A stretch of 62,157 nt of DNA, filler included, from Choristocarpus tenellus KU-1152 (taxonomy: Eukaryota; Protista; Phaeophyceae): NCBI GenBank assembly GCA_964200185.2. It is 12 parts of 12 records of this genome, joined end to end, with 100 filler letters (N's around TTAATTAATTAA, not from the genome) between each part and the next. Parts side by side here need not be neighbours in the genome. Positions count along the whole stretch, not along the records: positions 19,939 to 22,797 come from CAXNAD020024148.1; positions 22,898 to 25,507 come from CAXNAD020026296.1; positions 25,608 to 28,473 come from CAXNAD020024102.1; positions 28,574 to 32,856 come from CAXNAD020015303.1; positions 32,957 to 39,897 come from CAXNAD020007007.1; 7 more parts are not named here. The stretch is one strand, 5' to 3'. Under the pieces are notes generated by a model. The model made no database searches. It saw nothing but the letters and a program-made list of their open reading frames with translations, and was not told the DNA's origin. Position 1 is the stretch's first letter; the number at the start of each line of letters is the position of its first letter. Positions 19,839 through 32,980 of the stretch are shown here, piece by piece. The position numbers were made by a program, and so were the translations under genes.

Positions 19839-22800
19839 NNNNNNNNNNNNNNNNNNNNNNNNNNNNNNNNNNNNNNNNNNNNTTAATTAATTAANNNNNN
19901 NNNNNNNNNNNNNNNNNNNNNNNNNNNNNNNNNNNNNNCCTGACTAGGACAACTTCGACTTCTGAGCAGTTCACATGCTCACTGTGCTGGGGTACGCCAA
20001 CCCGGACCCCGCCAACGAATCCCTCAAGAACAGTGGGGGGTTCACACACACCTACAGGTTGAAGGTGGGGTAAACATTCCCAACAATGTTGTCCCCACAT
20101 GACGACGCCACACTTAACATAGGGCAGACAGTAATGAAGGAATTTGATGTGTTCTGTCGAACGGTAAAGGCCTTCAGTTTCCAAAGAACTCCAAGTCCAT
20201 ACGGTTCTGCTGTGGTACGCGCATCCCCTCGTAATCCTTCTCTGATAGATTCACTGTTAACCCTAAATCCTCCACCTCCTCAAAGTTCGTTCTTTATCGG
20301 TCTCCCAACAACACACCATCGCACATTTGATGTACATGTAGCTCACGGACGAGGTCAAGGAGCAGTGTTTCGCAGGAATGTGCACCGATGTCCTCGCTGG
20401 AGCCGGCTTAGCCATCCTTAGAGGAGACCCCCCAAGGTCATCGCTGGCGCGACATTGTTGAGGTGGCTGCCCACGTCTTCTCAGGCAGTCAAAAGGTTGC
20501 CTACTGACGTGCTCTCGTTGACGTATGTTGTCGAGATGGAGACATTTCCAGAGAGGAAGGAGTAAGTCAATTTTGACCAGGACGATTCAAGTAACGTATG
20601 GATGTATATGCATGCCCCCTCCTGCTGACCCTGCAACAGCCGCAATGCTTACCATCTAGTTCGTGCCTCGCGAAGCAGACACCCATTTCATCCATGTGAC
20701 TTACTGTTCCAATACCCATGTGCTCTCCATGACAGTTCTCCCACACTGTAAGGGACGTCCGGAACAAACGGCCCCCGGCCGACCAGGACAAAGGAAAGAA
20801 GAAGACAAGAGGAAAGAGAAGAAGAATAGACCACAAGTCAGCGATCCAGACACGGAGTCTGCTGCCCAGGCGGAGGAGGAGTGGACGTCTCAACTCTGGA
20901 AAGTTCAATTGGCATAGATGAGACGTATGCACACCAAAAACGTCCTCATCAAGAGGGCTGTCCCGGAGGTCGCCATACAAGTTATGAACGACCTAAAAAG
21001 GAAAGACAAGCTCAGGATAGATCCCTACGCCGATGACTCCTCAGCAGGGTCTTCAGCAGAGGGCCCTCCTACCCAAAAATATATCCTCAGCGACGAGGTA
21101 CTCAACTGAATGTGAGGTTCATCATCTCATCTCTCCATCATATTTCAGTTCCTATCAAGCCGCCTCAAAATAAACGCCCTGATCGCCCACATTATTGTAA
21201 CCCCATAAAATCCACGGGTGAAAAGGGACCTCGTGTTGAGGGAGGATGTGGAGCAGGGTAAAAATACCTGGACATCGTCAAATACTCTGAGGGCGTTACC
21301 CTGAACACCGGAGACGAACACACAGGCAAGCAATTACATCATTGTACAACATCGCCATAGGTTAACATCCAAACATGGTTCCCTACACCAAACACACAAC
21401 CTAGACTCTCACAGATCTTACCGACGCTTGACAGTTTCACAACGAACATTGTCACAGGATTCTCCGGTTTTATATGTTGCGAAGTTGCTCGTCAAACAGA
21501 TTGATTCATACTTTCGCTGTGTTGTACCGATCAACAGAACCCCGCAAAAGAAAGGAAATTATGTCGCGGTTACATGCTAGTTCTATTCGCATCCTCTTCA
21601 CCCTATGTTACCAGCCCTATTTGTCTTCCTGTATTATGGGCTCGAATAATCTGCCCAAGCTTAACGAACCGCAAGTACTCTGATCCATCCATCCTTTCCT
21701 CACCCCCTGCCTCCTCCTCTGTATCCTGCTTCGCTTACTCCTTCTTACCAACCTCGATCTCATCCCTTGCCTCCTAACGCTAACACCTCCCGTTGTTTTG
21801 ACCCCTACTTTGCCACGTCCTTTGCCTACTCCTCCACCATCACAGAGATAACCAGAGTCATAACCATTGTGATCACCCCAGACAAGAACGACACATCCGA
21901 GCACAACCTCGAGAAGTTCAAGTCCGAAACGAGCGCCGCTCACGAGAGAGAAGTCGCCCTTCTCCAGACCCGGCCAGGAGGCATGATAATCACATGCACC
22001 GCCCTTGGGGACAATCTAGATCCAGATCGTATCTAACTCCTCATAGAAGAACTCTCCACCTTCCGCAATTTCGCACTGGTGAAGACACCGGTAGCTGGTG
22101 GCGTATCCACACCTATACCTTGTGGAAGACCCAACCCACCAGGTGATGAAGAGGAACAAGATTGCCCATCGCCTAGTCCTGTAGTAGGTACGGGAAACAG
22201 GACTCTACGAGGGGGGAGGCATACAATCGCATCCTCGGAACACGGCTCTGAAGACAATGGGGACCGACCCGTTTGTAATGCTTTGTCAGGTCCAGAGGAA
22301 CTTGCACAGGAGGACGTGAGGGGACGGCTAGGCAAGGACTCAGAGTCCACACCTGTCAGGAGTGACCCATGTATGTCCCCGAACGCCCTTTCGGTGGGCA
22401 GCGGTGGCGACGTGCCACAAGTGCCAAGGAACACTCCTACAACCATAGTGTGAGGCGAAGTGAGAACCGCGTCCATGCCGATCCTACCCCAACCCCAAGG
22501 GACAATCCTTCCGAGAAGGCAAAGGAAAGGGGAAAAGGATGCTAATTAGGAAGAAAAGGGTGAGAGAAGGTGCTGGACGGATGAGACCCTTCAAACAGCC
22601 TCGTGGTCCTGATGGCAGCGCTTTAGAGCCTGACTTCTTTGCAGGCGTCTTCGCTTCTTCCAAAATGGGCAGATACGGTAAATCCGTGTTTATCTACATC
22701 AAGGTACGACGATGACGACGAAAGGTCATCTCATGGTGATGAGGATTGCATCACACAGGACGCGGCCGACTCCGGGGATGCATCCGATATGGGGATCNNN

Positions 22801-22897
22801 NNNNNNNNNNNNNNNNNNNNNNNNNNNNNNNNNNNNNNNNNTTAATTAATTAANNNNNNNNNNNNNNNNNNNNNNNNNNNNNNNNNNNNNNNNNNNN

Positions 22898-22969
22898 TTA
22901 TTCGAGGAACGTGATATGGTAAAATAGACCCCGAATGGACCCCCCCCCCCCCCCCAGATACTTTGGCCC
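22898..22969. mobile_element. MITE B/C terminus at contig start
   Basis: gaccccgaatggac-polyC-agatactttggccc. Confidence 0.75.
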
Positions 22970-23829
22970 ATATTGATTAGTGTTTTTCACATTTGTGATA
23001 TTTTATTTCTTTAGGGCTTATATTGACATATGTATAGTTTTCATTTGTTTCCCCCCTGACATATCTGGAAAATGTCAGAGGGCATAATATAATAATGTTA
23101 GATGGCATATTAATAAAAAATGTTATAATACTGAATTGACTTTGTCCGTGACACCTCCAAAATGTGAGAGGGCAAAATAATATTATGCACTTAGGGGACA
23201 TCTTTAATTGAGTCGTGCTGAGGTGTGTAGAGTTGAAGGGACGAAATTTGAACCTCTATTACTATCCACATGGACCTTTTTACTATTGTCGAAACCCCTC
23301 AACGCGAATCTTGTCGAGGGTCTTCCCATTCACTCTCCACTTGTACTCGTTTGTTGCCACTTCCTTGTCTGTGTGAGGTCCTCAATAGTGACCCTTTTCT
23401 GTTTGACATCTTCCCAAGATCAAATCAGTTCGCTTTCTTGTTCTCCTAATAATCCCTGCCTTCACATCGCAAGACTTGATGCCTGTCGTCATCACCCACA
23501 TCAAGACATCCAAGTCATTATTGGGAAAGGAACTCGATAGTATTATACCATGCAAGGTACAGGGGAATTTTTTTGATTAATTTACTTGATTTCGCCATCA
23601 ATATGTTGTAAAGTCATAAAAGCGTTATCAGCACCATATTCTTGGGCGGTGTCATTGAAGTTTGGAATAGGAACTTTGCAACAAACCTAACCCACCCAAG
23701 TTACATCCCTTGGACGCTGAATGAGTCATTATTATAGTCACCAACGGCATCAGCAGGTTCGATCGAGGGAGTCTTGGGTCAGGTTCCATGTCTTACCAAC
23801 GAAAAAATGAAGGTCCCTGTATTCAGGTA

Positions 23830-24189
23830 GTTGAGGGAAGGTTAAGATGATCAGCCGTGTGCCTTGACAGAGGACAATGTGGGTTGGTGTGATTATGTAG
23901 TGTTAATGTTACGAGGGTCTTGTGGTCTTAGTTCCATTGACTGAACTCATTGGGCTCACAACTGGTGGCAACCATTTCTCATTTTGTCGTGTGGGGTTTG
24001 TAATCGTCCACACTTACAATGAATTACTCGCTCACTTGTCTTCAGTAATACAAGTAAATTTAGAACATGGCACACATCACTGAATACTATTGCGTCAATA
24101 TGTTTGGTTTAACCATCACTGGCTCTCCAAATATTATTAATTCCACCAGTGGTGTCTATCGTGTGTATCAGCAGCATAATCCATGGGCA
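23830..24189. repeat. Diverged copy of the second-family LTR (boundaries approximate)
   Basis: Shares aggacaatg, ttgtggtct, gactgaa, aatcgtccacact, cactggctctcca and ccaccagtggtgtctat blocks with 17508-17883. Confidence 0.65.
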
Positions 24190-25421
24190 GGTCATCCCAT
24201 AATATGTACCTGGTATATGGAATGAAGTTAACATCCTAACTCATCGAGTAACCTATAGTAGCACCTTGGACTCACAACACGTTATGCAGTACGATGCAAA
24301 ATCCAAACAAGAGAAACAGTTCTGATTTTGAGGTATCCATGTTTTCATATTTGCAGGATGGTTTTGCCTATTCATGATGCAAAACCTATATCATTGGAAT
24401 GCTGATATACACAGGACTCCCAGAATATGTTCTTGGTGGTTTAAATGATTGTGGTCGTAAAAAGCTTAACCTTGCAGGTTATGGCAAAAGGATTCTCATA
24501 GAGCACGCTCCAGAACTCACCTCCACAGAATTTGTAACTCGAATCCAACGACCTTAAAACGACGCTATGGGGACGTTGCCCTTGGTAACAGTTTGTTGGG
24601 TGTCAGACAGCCTTATCTCGATACTCCACTCAGTACGTAGCTCAAAGCTCAACTCAATGTTTTGTTCAAGATCAAAGACTGTTTAAGAGGGGTGATGGAT
24701 TTTGACCAAAATTCCTTTTATTATTTTCATCCACCCAATTTCTTTGGTCTTCCATGCAACTGCTGTATACATATTCCAATCATAAACCTTTATTCTGCAA
24801 CTTCTTAAGGAACTTTGAAGTTTCTTCTGTAAGGCTACGTATGCATTACGAATCTTACCCTGTATCTTCTAGGGAATCAGGACATTTTCTGTAAGGCTAC
24901 CTCTGTGCCACTAATCTCATATACTGCTCGCACTTTCTAGAACATGAGAAGAAATGTTCACGCTATTCGCCTGTAACATGCCCCCCAGTGTGAACTAGCA
25001 ATACATGTTTCACGCTTACCACAGGCGATTGCCACCGGTGAAGACAATAGATATCATCAATCACCTCAGATCATCCCGTGGCAAGGAAAAAAAAAACTCA
25101 ACTCCTGCAAGGCCCAAACATACATAATCTATTTGGAGAAATCTGTCTGTATCTAGCCTAATCTGAGAATACATTTACTCTTTCTAAAGTATAGCTTCCC
25201 TAAGGTGCCAAGTATCATATGATTATTAGCTGTCTCATGCACCCCAAGCACGAAGCATACTGACGGCTGCTAGTGCGTAGAACAGGCAATAACATCAACA
25301 TCAGCGACAAAAAAAAAATGAGACAAGGGACAGAAAAGAAAGGAGTGGATAAAGATAGAGCAAAACAAGGGATTAAGGGGGTCAGGTACCTGGTCGGACA
25401 AAAAGACGAGAAAAAAAAAAC

Positions 25422-25507
25422 GGGTCAAAGTATCTGGGGGGGCATGTCGGCGTCCACTTTTCATCCTTTTTTCGATTTTAACTTTTTGATGTGATTTGGT
25501 CGCACGT
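25422..25507. mobile_element. MITE subfamily C terminus (GGGTCAAAGTATCTGGGG..TCGGCGTCC)
   Basis: The same terminus occurs at 25608-25665 (reverse) and 28425-28473. Confidence 0.75.
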
Positions 25508-25607
25508 NNNNNNNNNNNNNNNNNNNNNNNNNNNNNNNNNNNNNNNNNNNNTTAATTAATTAANNNNNNNNNNNNNNNNNNNNNNNNNNNNNNNNNNNNN
25601 NNNNNNN

Positions 25608-25665
25608 AAGTCGGAAAAAGGGTGAAAAACGGACGCCGATACCCCCCCCCCAGATACTTTGACCC
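25608..25665. mobile_element. MITE subfamily C terminus at contig start
   Basis: aaaacggacgccgata-polyC-agatactttgaccc. Confidence 0.75.
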
Positions 25666-26568
25666 TTACCTATGATCTTCGTCTTTTTGACTATAGACTC
25701 TCTATTGACCTTCACAAAGAGCAGAAAAGACCCCACAATGCAGTGAAATGACTGCTGCTTATCGTGCAGTAAATGGATTGGATAGTTAAATTCTCGTCCC
25801 ACACAGCCTTGACTTGATCATTCGTATATTTAATGTTACCATATTCCTTTTTCATAGCCTGTATGTCATACATTACCGTATATTATTCTCGTCTATCTTC
25901 TAAGTAAAGAGATTGTTGGATGCATAACTGGTACGTATCCCTGCCAAATCCATTTTATGACTCGTGTCTTGACTCAGGTATCTTGTTACCCATACACCAC
26001 AAATCCTTCACGTAGATTGACCATCTCGATTAGACAATCGTTTATGCCATAGATGGGTGTATCTATCGTTTTTAAGGAGATTAGATAACTGGCAACAGGT
26101 CTCAATCAACCTGTTCACGATGAGCTCTGACTTGACGTCACGTGTTTCCCAGATTTATCAATCCTTTGCAATTAAACTATGCATATATGTTGGTGGACGC
26201 TTAGATAAAAAAAATATACGTTAATTATCTTTCAACTCTCCTCGTTTGCATGAGTGCACACATGCGGTGGTGAAGAGACTGTATCACCAGGCACATTACA
26301 ACTTGTGTATGTTAGAGGTGGCTGGTTCATTACATCATGTCCCGTTCTTATTAAATGCATCTATTGATCATCATGAAATGACCAACCCCATTAAAAACAA
26401 AGATTGAAGTTCACCACCATGAAAGTGACGGAGACTTCAGGTGAGTCGCATTTGTTCTATAGTGGCCTGATCCCCCAGACATGATATAATGGACATATGG
26501 TCACCCCATATCGTATTGAGATATGAACCACGAACATCATGCGTCCTAATGCCTAATAGGAATATCGT

Positions 26569-26746
26569 GTCTCAAAGTATCTGAGAGGGGTGGCGGCTGT
26601 CCATTTGGGGACAATTTTTTCATGTCGCGGTTTTTGGGTTATTTGGTTGCATACGTCGGATGGATAATGTAAATGTACTTTTCCTGATTTCGAGCCAAAT
26701 GGACACCATGGTGTAGACCCCCCCCCTCCCCCAGATACTTTGGGCC
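26569..26746. mobile_element. MITE subfamily B, complete
   Basis: gtctcaaagtatctgagaggg ... ccccagatactttgggcc, with internal homology to 59291-59462. Confidence 0.85.
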
Positions 26747-27479
26747 CGTAGTTGTCGATAGCAATATTTCCAATCATATCAGAATGCAAGGACGGAGAAG
26801 TGTGCAACCACATATATTGATCTCGTTGTCTAGTGTGTTGATTTTTATCACGTACATGCAGTTGTGTTTTCACACATCGGAGTGTCGATCAAAATCATTG
26901 TATAACATTCATTTAGCGTAATCAAACCACAAACGCTTCTCAACAGCTATTGACATCATAAAGTTTTTGCTCCTCGTATCCCCATTCTTGAGTATCCTCT
27001 ATGTATACAAGATTCAAGAGACCTACATGCTGTCCCAAGATACCTCTCGACTTGTAATTGGGTTGACCACATTGCTGGCCCCATACCCTAAGACCTTGCT
27101 TGACCTTGAGCTTGATGCGACACTGACCACATCCCACTAACCTTGCTTATATTTAAGCTGATTGAAATGCTGATCCCATACACTCAAGACCTCGCAAGCT
27201 TGTTTGATATGCTGACTGCATACCATCAACTTTTGGCTAATGGTATCCTGATCAATTCTTCATTGATGCTATGTTTATATATTGCACTTCATTTTTTATT
27301 ACTATTATAAAATGGTGCAATAGTATACTAACAGTGAAACCTGTTTCTTAATTTGCTCCTAGAGGTTTCTTTTTGGTTGACCTCAAATCATGTTTGCATG
27401 TTTTCGAGGCTGATCAGAAGGGGGGGTGATGTGGAAGGGAGGATTTCTTCTCTCATATCGTTATTGTCGAATGCCATAT

Positions 27480-27738
27480 GAGTGAATGTATCTTAGAGGG
27501 TACGAGTTTTGCCCTGTTTGTCCATTTGGGGCTTGGCTTCCCACGGGAATTTTATGACATTTTACCTACCCCGAAACATTTCAGAGTAGGTTATATATAT
27601 ACGTTATGAAAATGTGTGTCTGGAACAAGGATATTGACACTTCCTAAAAAACACAATAGCCAAATTTACACCAAAATCGCAACATTGGATTTTGGCCCCC
27701 AAATGGACGCGGCTCTACCCTCTAAGATAATTTGACTC
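27480..27738 (+). mobile_element. MITE subfamily A
   Basis: gagtgaatgtatcttagagggta ... taccctctaagataatttgactc. TSD ATAT. Confidence 0.9.
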
Positions 27739-28044
27739 ATATAAAGTTTTACCGATTGAGGCTCCTTGTCAGCATCTCGGATTCTAGTCAAGGATCTTTA
27801 GCGAAATTGAGGCGTGAATTTTTTTCAAGAGACCAATCCCGCAAGTAGAAGATATCTCTTCAACAAAAGATGTCAAACATCAAATATTCTGTTTGTTGTG
27901 AAGTCTTGATATTTTTGATGATCCCCCTATCAAGAGCTCCTTCCCACTCCAGAAATCTCTGCAGTTCTCTATAGTTTTTGCATTTGTCCAACCTTAACGT
28001 GTCCTCTCTCAGTTCCAGTTCATCTTGGTCCATCTGGTTCGTCT

Positions 28045-28100
28045 TGCCTGGTGATTCTCTTTACCACCCTTGCCTGAGTGAACCACGCCGCCACAAAATC
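28045..28100 (-). repeat. Dispersed repeat shared with 62027-62087
   Basis: Reverse complement reads gattttgtggcggcgtggttcactcaggcaagggtggtaaagagaatcaccaggcaag, nearly identical to the + strand near the window end. Confidence 0.75.
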
Positions 28101-28424
28101 ATACAATTATTACCAAGTTTGATTTACAAATATTCAGCAATACTGATCAATGTGAGCACAAACATGAGTTTGTACAGAATACTTTGTATCGTATCCTTGG
28201 CGTAGGTACTTAGCAGTGTGAGTATCAAACTTTATTGGGTGAATCAGTATATAATTGATCCAGCTCCTATCTTTAACAATATTCTCTGATCTTCTGGTAA
28301 GACTTTATGGAGTGGTGGTATCATCAGTCTGGGAATGTTTATCAGTATCTGGTAAAACCACCTCCAATTTTTAGGATACTCTTTATTTTCTACCAAGATT
28401 TTAGAGAGTTTTGGTGACAATCTG

Positions 28425-28473
28425 GGGTCAATGTATCTGGGGGGGGGGTGCCGGCGTCCGTTTTCGACCCTCT
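28425..28473. mobile_element. MITE subfamily C terminus at contig end
   Basis: gggtcaatgtatctgggg..ccggcgtccgttttc. Confidence 0.7.
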
Positions 28474-28602
28474 NNNNNNNNNNNNNNNNNNNNNNNNNNN
28501 NNNNNNNNNNNNNNNNNTTAATTAATTAANNNNNNNNNNNNNNNNNNNNNNNNNNNNNNNNNNNNNNNNNNNNGGGGACAACACGCAGGTGCCTCTGCAA
28601 GA

Positions 28603-28816
28603 TTGGGGGAGGATGAAGATAAAGATGGAAGATGCCCAAGGTGTACAGGGTTAGGACATGACTATGACGAATGTCCCCCGACTGTTCGGACAAGGGAGAA
28701 AACCAGAAAACTTCCAAGAAGAGGGGACAAGAACGCGCATATGGTATCTACAACGACCCCTCTGTCCTCGAACCAAGAGGACCTTATTGAAAGGATGGAA
28801 AGGTTGGAAGGATTGA
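28603..28816 (+). pseudogene. Retrotransposon gag fragment with CCHC zinc knuckle
   Basis: CPRCTGLGHDYDEC fits C-X2-C-X4-H-X4-C. Truncated by a MITE A insertion. Confidence 0.65.
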
Positions 28817-29077
28817 GAGCCAAAGTATCCTAGAGGGTAGAGCTGCGTCCATTTGTGGGTCAAAATCTAATGTTGTGGTTTTGATGTGATTTTGGGCATT
28901 GTGTTTGTTAGGAAGTGTCAATATCCATGTTCTGGGCACACCTTTTCATAACTTACACACTTTACCTACTCCGAAACATTTTGGGGTAGGAAAATGTAAT
29001 AAAAAACCCCAAGGGAAGTCAAGCCCCAAATGGACAAACAGGGCAAAATTCGTACCCTCTAAGATACTTTCACACTC
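28817..29077 (-). mobile_element. MITE subfamily A
   Basis: gagccaaagtatcctagagggta ... taccctctaagatactttcacactc. Flanks TTGA/TTCA (3 of 4 match). Confidence 0.88.
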
Positions 29078-29344
29078 TTCATCGGTTCTTATTTTGGTGA
29101 AACTGAACGTTTTTCTCTGTGACTGCCTTCTCTTGTGTTTTTCAAAATGTTTTGATTTGAATTTTTCCCCCATCTGTCATGTATTTTAGTACATGCCCAC
29201 AGTAGTCAAGTGACAGGTGTGATGTTGTATGCAGACTGACATTAGTCAGGGAGAGGTTTTTCCTCACTTTTGTGTATGATCTATCAGTAGTAAGTCAATT
29301 GATTAGTAGCACACTTTTCCAAGGATTCACTTTAGGCGTGACAC

Positions 29345-29840
29345 TAGGGGTATTTCGTGGGTCGTGGGAGACGCATTTTGGTATGGCTAAGGACCCACAG
29401 TAGAAAACATCCCAGGATGTGTTCGTAGATATTGTGATTGGATAGGTAGGAAGTAACAGCTCCACCATATTACTTTATTCTTATTCTGGAGATTTGTAGT
29501 GGTGATGTACTAAGGGAGATTTTGTTGATTGTAGGAGACGCTGTATGCATTGCTAAGGGCCCTGCCATTTCATGGATTGTAGGAGACGCAACATGGCACT
29601 GCCAAGGACCTGCAGGAGAAGTATCCGATAATGTTTCCACTGGAGGCTATAATAGGGAAATAGATATGAGGTGGGATCTGTGTTCCAGTGACCTGCAGTA
29701 GTGATGTACTAGGGAGGTGTTGTGGATCGTAGGAGACGTTATATGCATTGCTAAGGACCCTGCCATTTCATGGGTTGTAGGAGAAGCAACATGGCATTGC
29801 TAACGACCTGCAGGAGAAAGTACCCGAGAATGTTTCCAAA
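29345..29840. repeat. Complex degenerate tandem repeat (two or three units of about 200 bp with internal sub-repeats)
   Basis: Recurrent gtgatgtactargga, ggatygtaggagacgc, gcattgctaaggaccc and gacctgcaggagaa blocks. Confidence 0.7.
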
Positions 29841-29993
29841 ATGTTTTGTACCTACACAGACCCAACGTCAACATTGATTTTAGGGTATATTTGTTGCATT
29901 GTTTTTGAGAGAGTTAGCAGAAGTTTATTTCTTTCTCCAAGTTTGAGAGAAGTAGAATCCCAGGGTGTATAGTGTCTGTGCAGCAAGGGAGAG

Positions 29994-30392
29994 TGTTCGT
30001 AGATAGTGCTGCTGATACACATAGACACCACCGGTGGATTAGATAAATGGATGGATAGCCAGTGACGGATATAATGTATGTACTGACTCATGGTGTTGAT
30101 TGATTTTTATATCATGTCCAAGATACACTTTCTATACTTAATATAAGTAAACAAGTGGTTTATAGTAAATTAGTGTGGACGACCATGTGGACGACGATGG
30201 ACGGACGATTACAAATCCCACAGTATAGAAATGATAATGGTAGTCTAGGCTATAGTCTTACCCACATAGTCAGTCAGTGGATTTGAGACCATAAGCCCTG
30301 TTGTAATATTAACTTTGCTCATCTCCATCAAGATGTTCATTGTCCTTCATTAAAGCACCAAAGCAGCGGGTCCAGTGTGGGATACTTCAACA
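29994..30392 (+). repeat. Second-family LTR (TGTT...CAACA), probably a 3' LTR
   Basis: Preceded by the PPT-like tract AAGGGAGAG. Reverse-complement homology to 17508-17883. Confidence 0.7.
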
Positions 30393-31040
30393 CCTTCTCT
30401 GTCCAGAGGCGACAGAAAAGAAAGTACCGTGTGACACTCAGCGCGATGTTAGGTGACGAGAACGTGCGAGTAGTTTGGCGCAGCAGCATAATCAAATCGC
30501 GAATGGACCATGGAGCCGCGATGCTGACGCTGAGAGAAGATGCATTGAAAGCATTACCAAACAAACGTGATTGGATCTCCAACCACATCAGAGCACTGCT
30601 CTGCAGTCTCTTCCAACTCTGGAAAGCAGGAAGAGAGCAGCAAGTCCATCACCAAGTGGTATAGTGACGAAGTCTGTGGGGAAGCCTGGTCACGGCAGAC
30701 GAAGGGAGAACCGGTGTGGCCGCCCAAAGGGAAGATTGGAGAAGAGAGCAGTACGACTGCGTGCCATTGCGCTCAGGAAACGCCTGGGCGAAAACCCGGG
30801 TGCAGAATACCTTAGTAGTCGACAGTTGCAGCAGGTCCTGTCTGTTTAGAAGCTATGCGAACCAGAGTGGCTCAAGGAAACGAGAAAGAAGGTGTTAAGG
30901 TTGGGATACAAGGGCTCAGAAGTCGAGAGGGCTCATAAGGCGGAGGAGAAAGCGATCGTAAGAAAGGCAGCTGTGGAGACTTTTCTATACCACCACATCC
31001 TTTTTCGAAGAGGTCGCGAAGCAGATGGATGTAGCCATCG

Positions 31041-31096
31041 ACATTGGACCTTGACCCTAAATGGACGAGGCTCTACCGTCCAAGATATTTTGGCTC
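31041..31096 (+). mobile_element. Truncated right end of MITE subfamily A
   Basis: acattggaccttgaccctaaatggacgaggctctaccgtccaagatattttggctc. Confidence 0.7.
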
Positions 31097-32205
31097 ATCA
31101 GGCACAAAACCTGCTCAAGAGGAAGATCTTGCATTGGGGACAAGCCTCGGTATAAAGGACGATTTTTGTCAGAGTCACACATGAGGGGGAAACTTTAGAT
31201 GCTATGGAGGACATAAAACAGTATACTAGATCATCATCGAAACGTCAACTCTCGAATTGGGAAAAGGACATGCTCCCTTCAAATCTTGTGCCTTTTTTTT
31301 TTCTCCTATATGGAATAAGATCGAATTCACCTTTAGTTTACGACGAATGCTTCGAGCCCAAGGTGTCATCATCCAAAATTCTGATCCTATTCTTTTCCAC
31401 TGTTTCTGCCGACCCTCACACTTCCCCATTATTCAAGACATTCTTAGACACTACCAACATCCCAGCCATTTCTACCTCCTTTTGGAGATCGCACCAACCA
31501 TGTATTGTTCCCTAGTATGTATTGCTGAAGTGTGTATGTGTTTGGGTTGTATGAAGATCTTACAGTGAAGTACTTACCTTCATGCCGACAACTTTCCGTG
31601 TCCTTGATCTCTGTCATATGCCACATTCTCCCATACCTGCAACATCCTTACATGCTACTTAGGGTTAGAACCAGGGGGACCCTATAAATCATATATCGGT
31701 CTGCTTTTCTGGGTGGGATGTAGAGCCGTTTGGGCTCTATGTGCTTTTTTAATGCGCGACTACAGAGACCCCCAAACGAAATTTATCTTACTGGCCGGGG
31801 TTGTTATCGTGCCTTACACTACACGAAAGAAAGCTAATCGATCTCTTCACTTTTTCAAATTGAGGGGGTATCCAGAGGGTTATTGTCTTTCCTTGCACCC
31901 AGTTGCTACACACAGGGAGGACAAGTATTCCTCCGCAATATTTGACCTTTTTTTGCATTCGGTACCCTCGGTGACCAATGTTTGTTAGCAGTCTGGAATT
32001 GTTTGCCCCTCTGTTCACACTCATTGTTTCCAGTGCAATGAGGCCTGTCTCATGATAGGAGGAGGAAGAGGACGAGGAGGAGACAATCGTCCCAGCAAAC
32101 CTACTATGGCAACTTACTTACCACTCCTAATGGTAAGTATCATTCAATGTCTATTTGGAGGGATGGGGATAAGGATGTTGCTTCCCTGGACGTTCCCAAG
32201 CGTGG

Positions 32206-32466
32206 GACTGAGGGTATCTTAGAGGGTACGAGTTTTACCCTCTGTTTGTCCATTTGGGGCTTGACTTCCCATGGCGTATTATTATGACATTTTCCTACTC
32301 CAAAATGTTTCGGAGTAGGTAAAATGTTTAAGTCATTAAAAGGTGTGTCCGGAACAAGGATATTGACACTTCCCAATAAACACGATAGCCAAAATTATAT
32401 CAAAATCACAATATTGGATTTTGACCCCAAATGGACGAGGCCCTACCCTCTAAGATACTTTGTCTC
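32206..32466 (+). mobile_element. MITE subfamily A
   Basis: gactgagggtatcttagagggta ... taccctctaagatactttgtctc. TSD GTGG. Confidence 0.9.
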
Positions 32467-32771
32467 GTGGAAAACGTTGGTTTGGGGATCCATACTCTAA
32501 TGTGAACAGAACCACAAGGACCTAGGTAGGAATGGCGTCTGTGGTCCATTTTTTTTTGTATTGGTGTATGAATATCTGTTCCCAGACCAACATTTGGCAA
32601 ACGTCCTCCTCTCTCTTTTGGGTGTTCCTTGCAAGAACATCCTATTGTATGCCACATGATACACCTCATGCCGAAATAAGTTATTTCCACCATGTCAACA
32701 GAGTTATACCATATCCATCCACTGAAGTACCTACACTCGATACGAACATGTTCCAATAATGGTGTTGTTGA

Positions 32772-32795
32772 GGCTCAAAGTATCTGGGGGGGGGG
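32772..32795. mobile_element. MITE B-type TIR near contig end
   Basis: ggctcaaagtatctgggggggg. A matching reverse TIR opens the next contig (32957-32979). Confidence 0.7.
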
Positions 32796-32980
32796 AACTC
32801 TATGAAGTTTGAATTAGAATTAAGGTCGGAAGCGTCCGCTGCGTCAAGGCTTCATGNNNNNNNNNNNNNNNNNNNNNNNNNNNNNNNNNNNNNNNNNNNN
32901 TTAATTAATTAANNNNNNNNNNNNNNNNNNNNNNNNNNNNNNNNNNNNNNNNNNNNCCCCCTCCCAGATACTTTGGGTCT

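Noticed and set aside
24400-25100. Gypsy RT-RNase H relic (and a GPY/F-like relic at 31450-31700, minus strand)
   Set aside because: Too degenerate; no catalytic motif could be read with confidence.
30270-30392. A 94-bp TGTTG..CAACA mini-LTR with its own PBS (TRIM)
   Set aside because: Homology with the 17508 copy continues about 300 bp further to a second TGTT/AACA end, where the host gag resumes. The unit is one LTR of about 400 bp.
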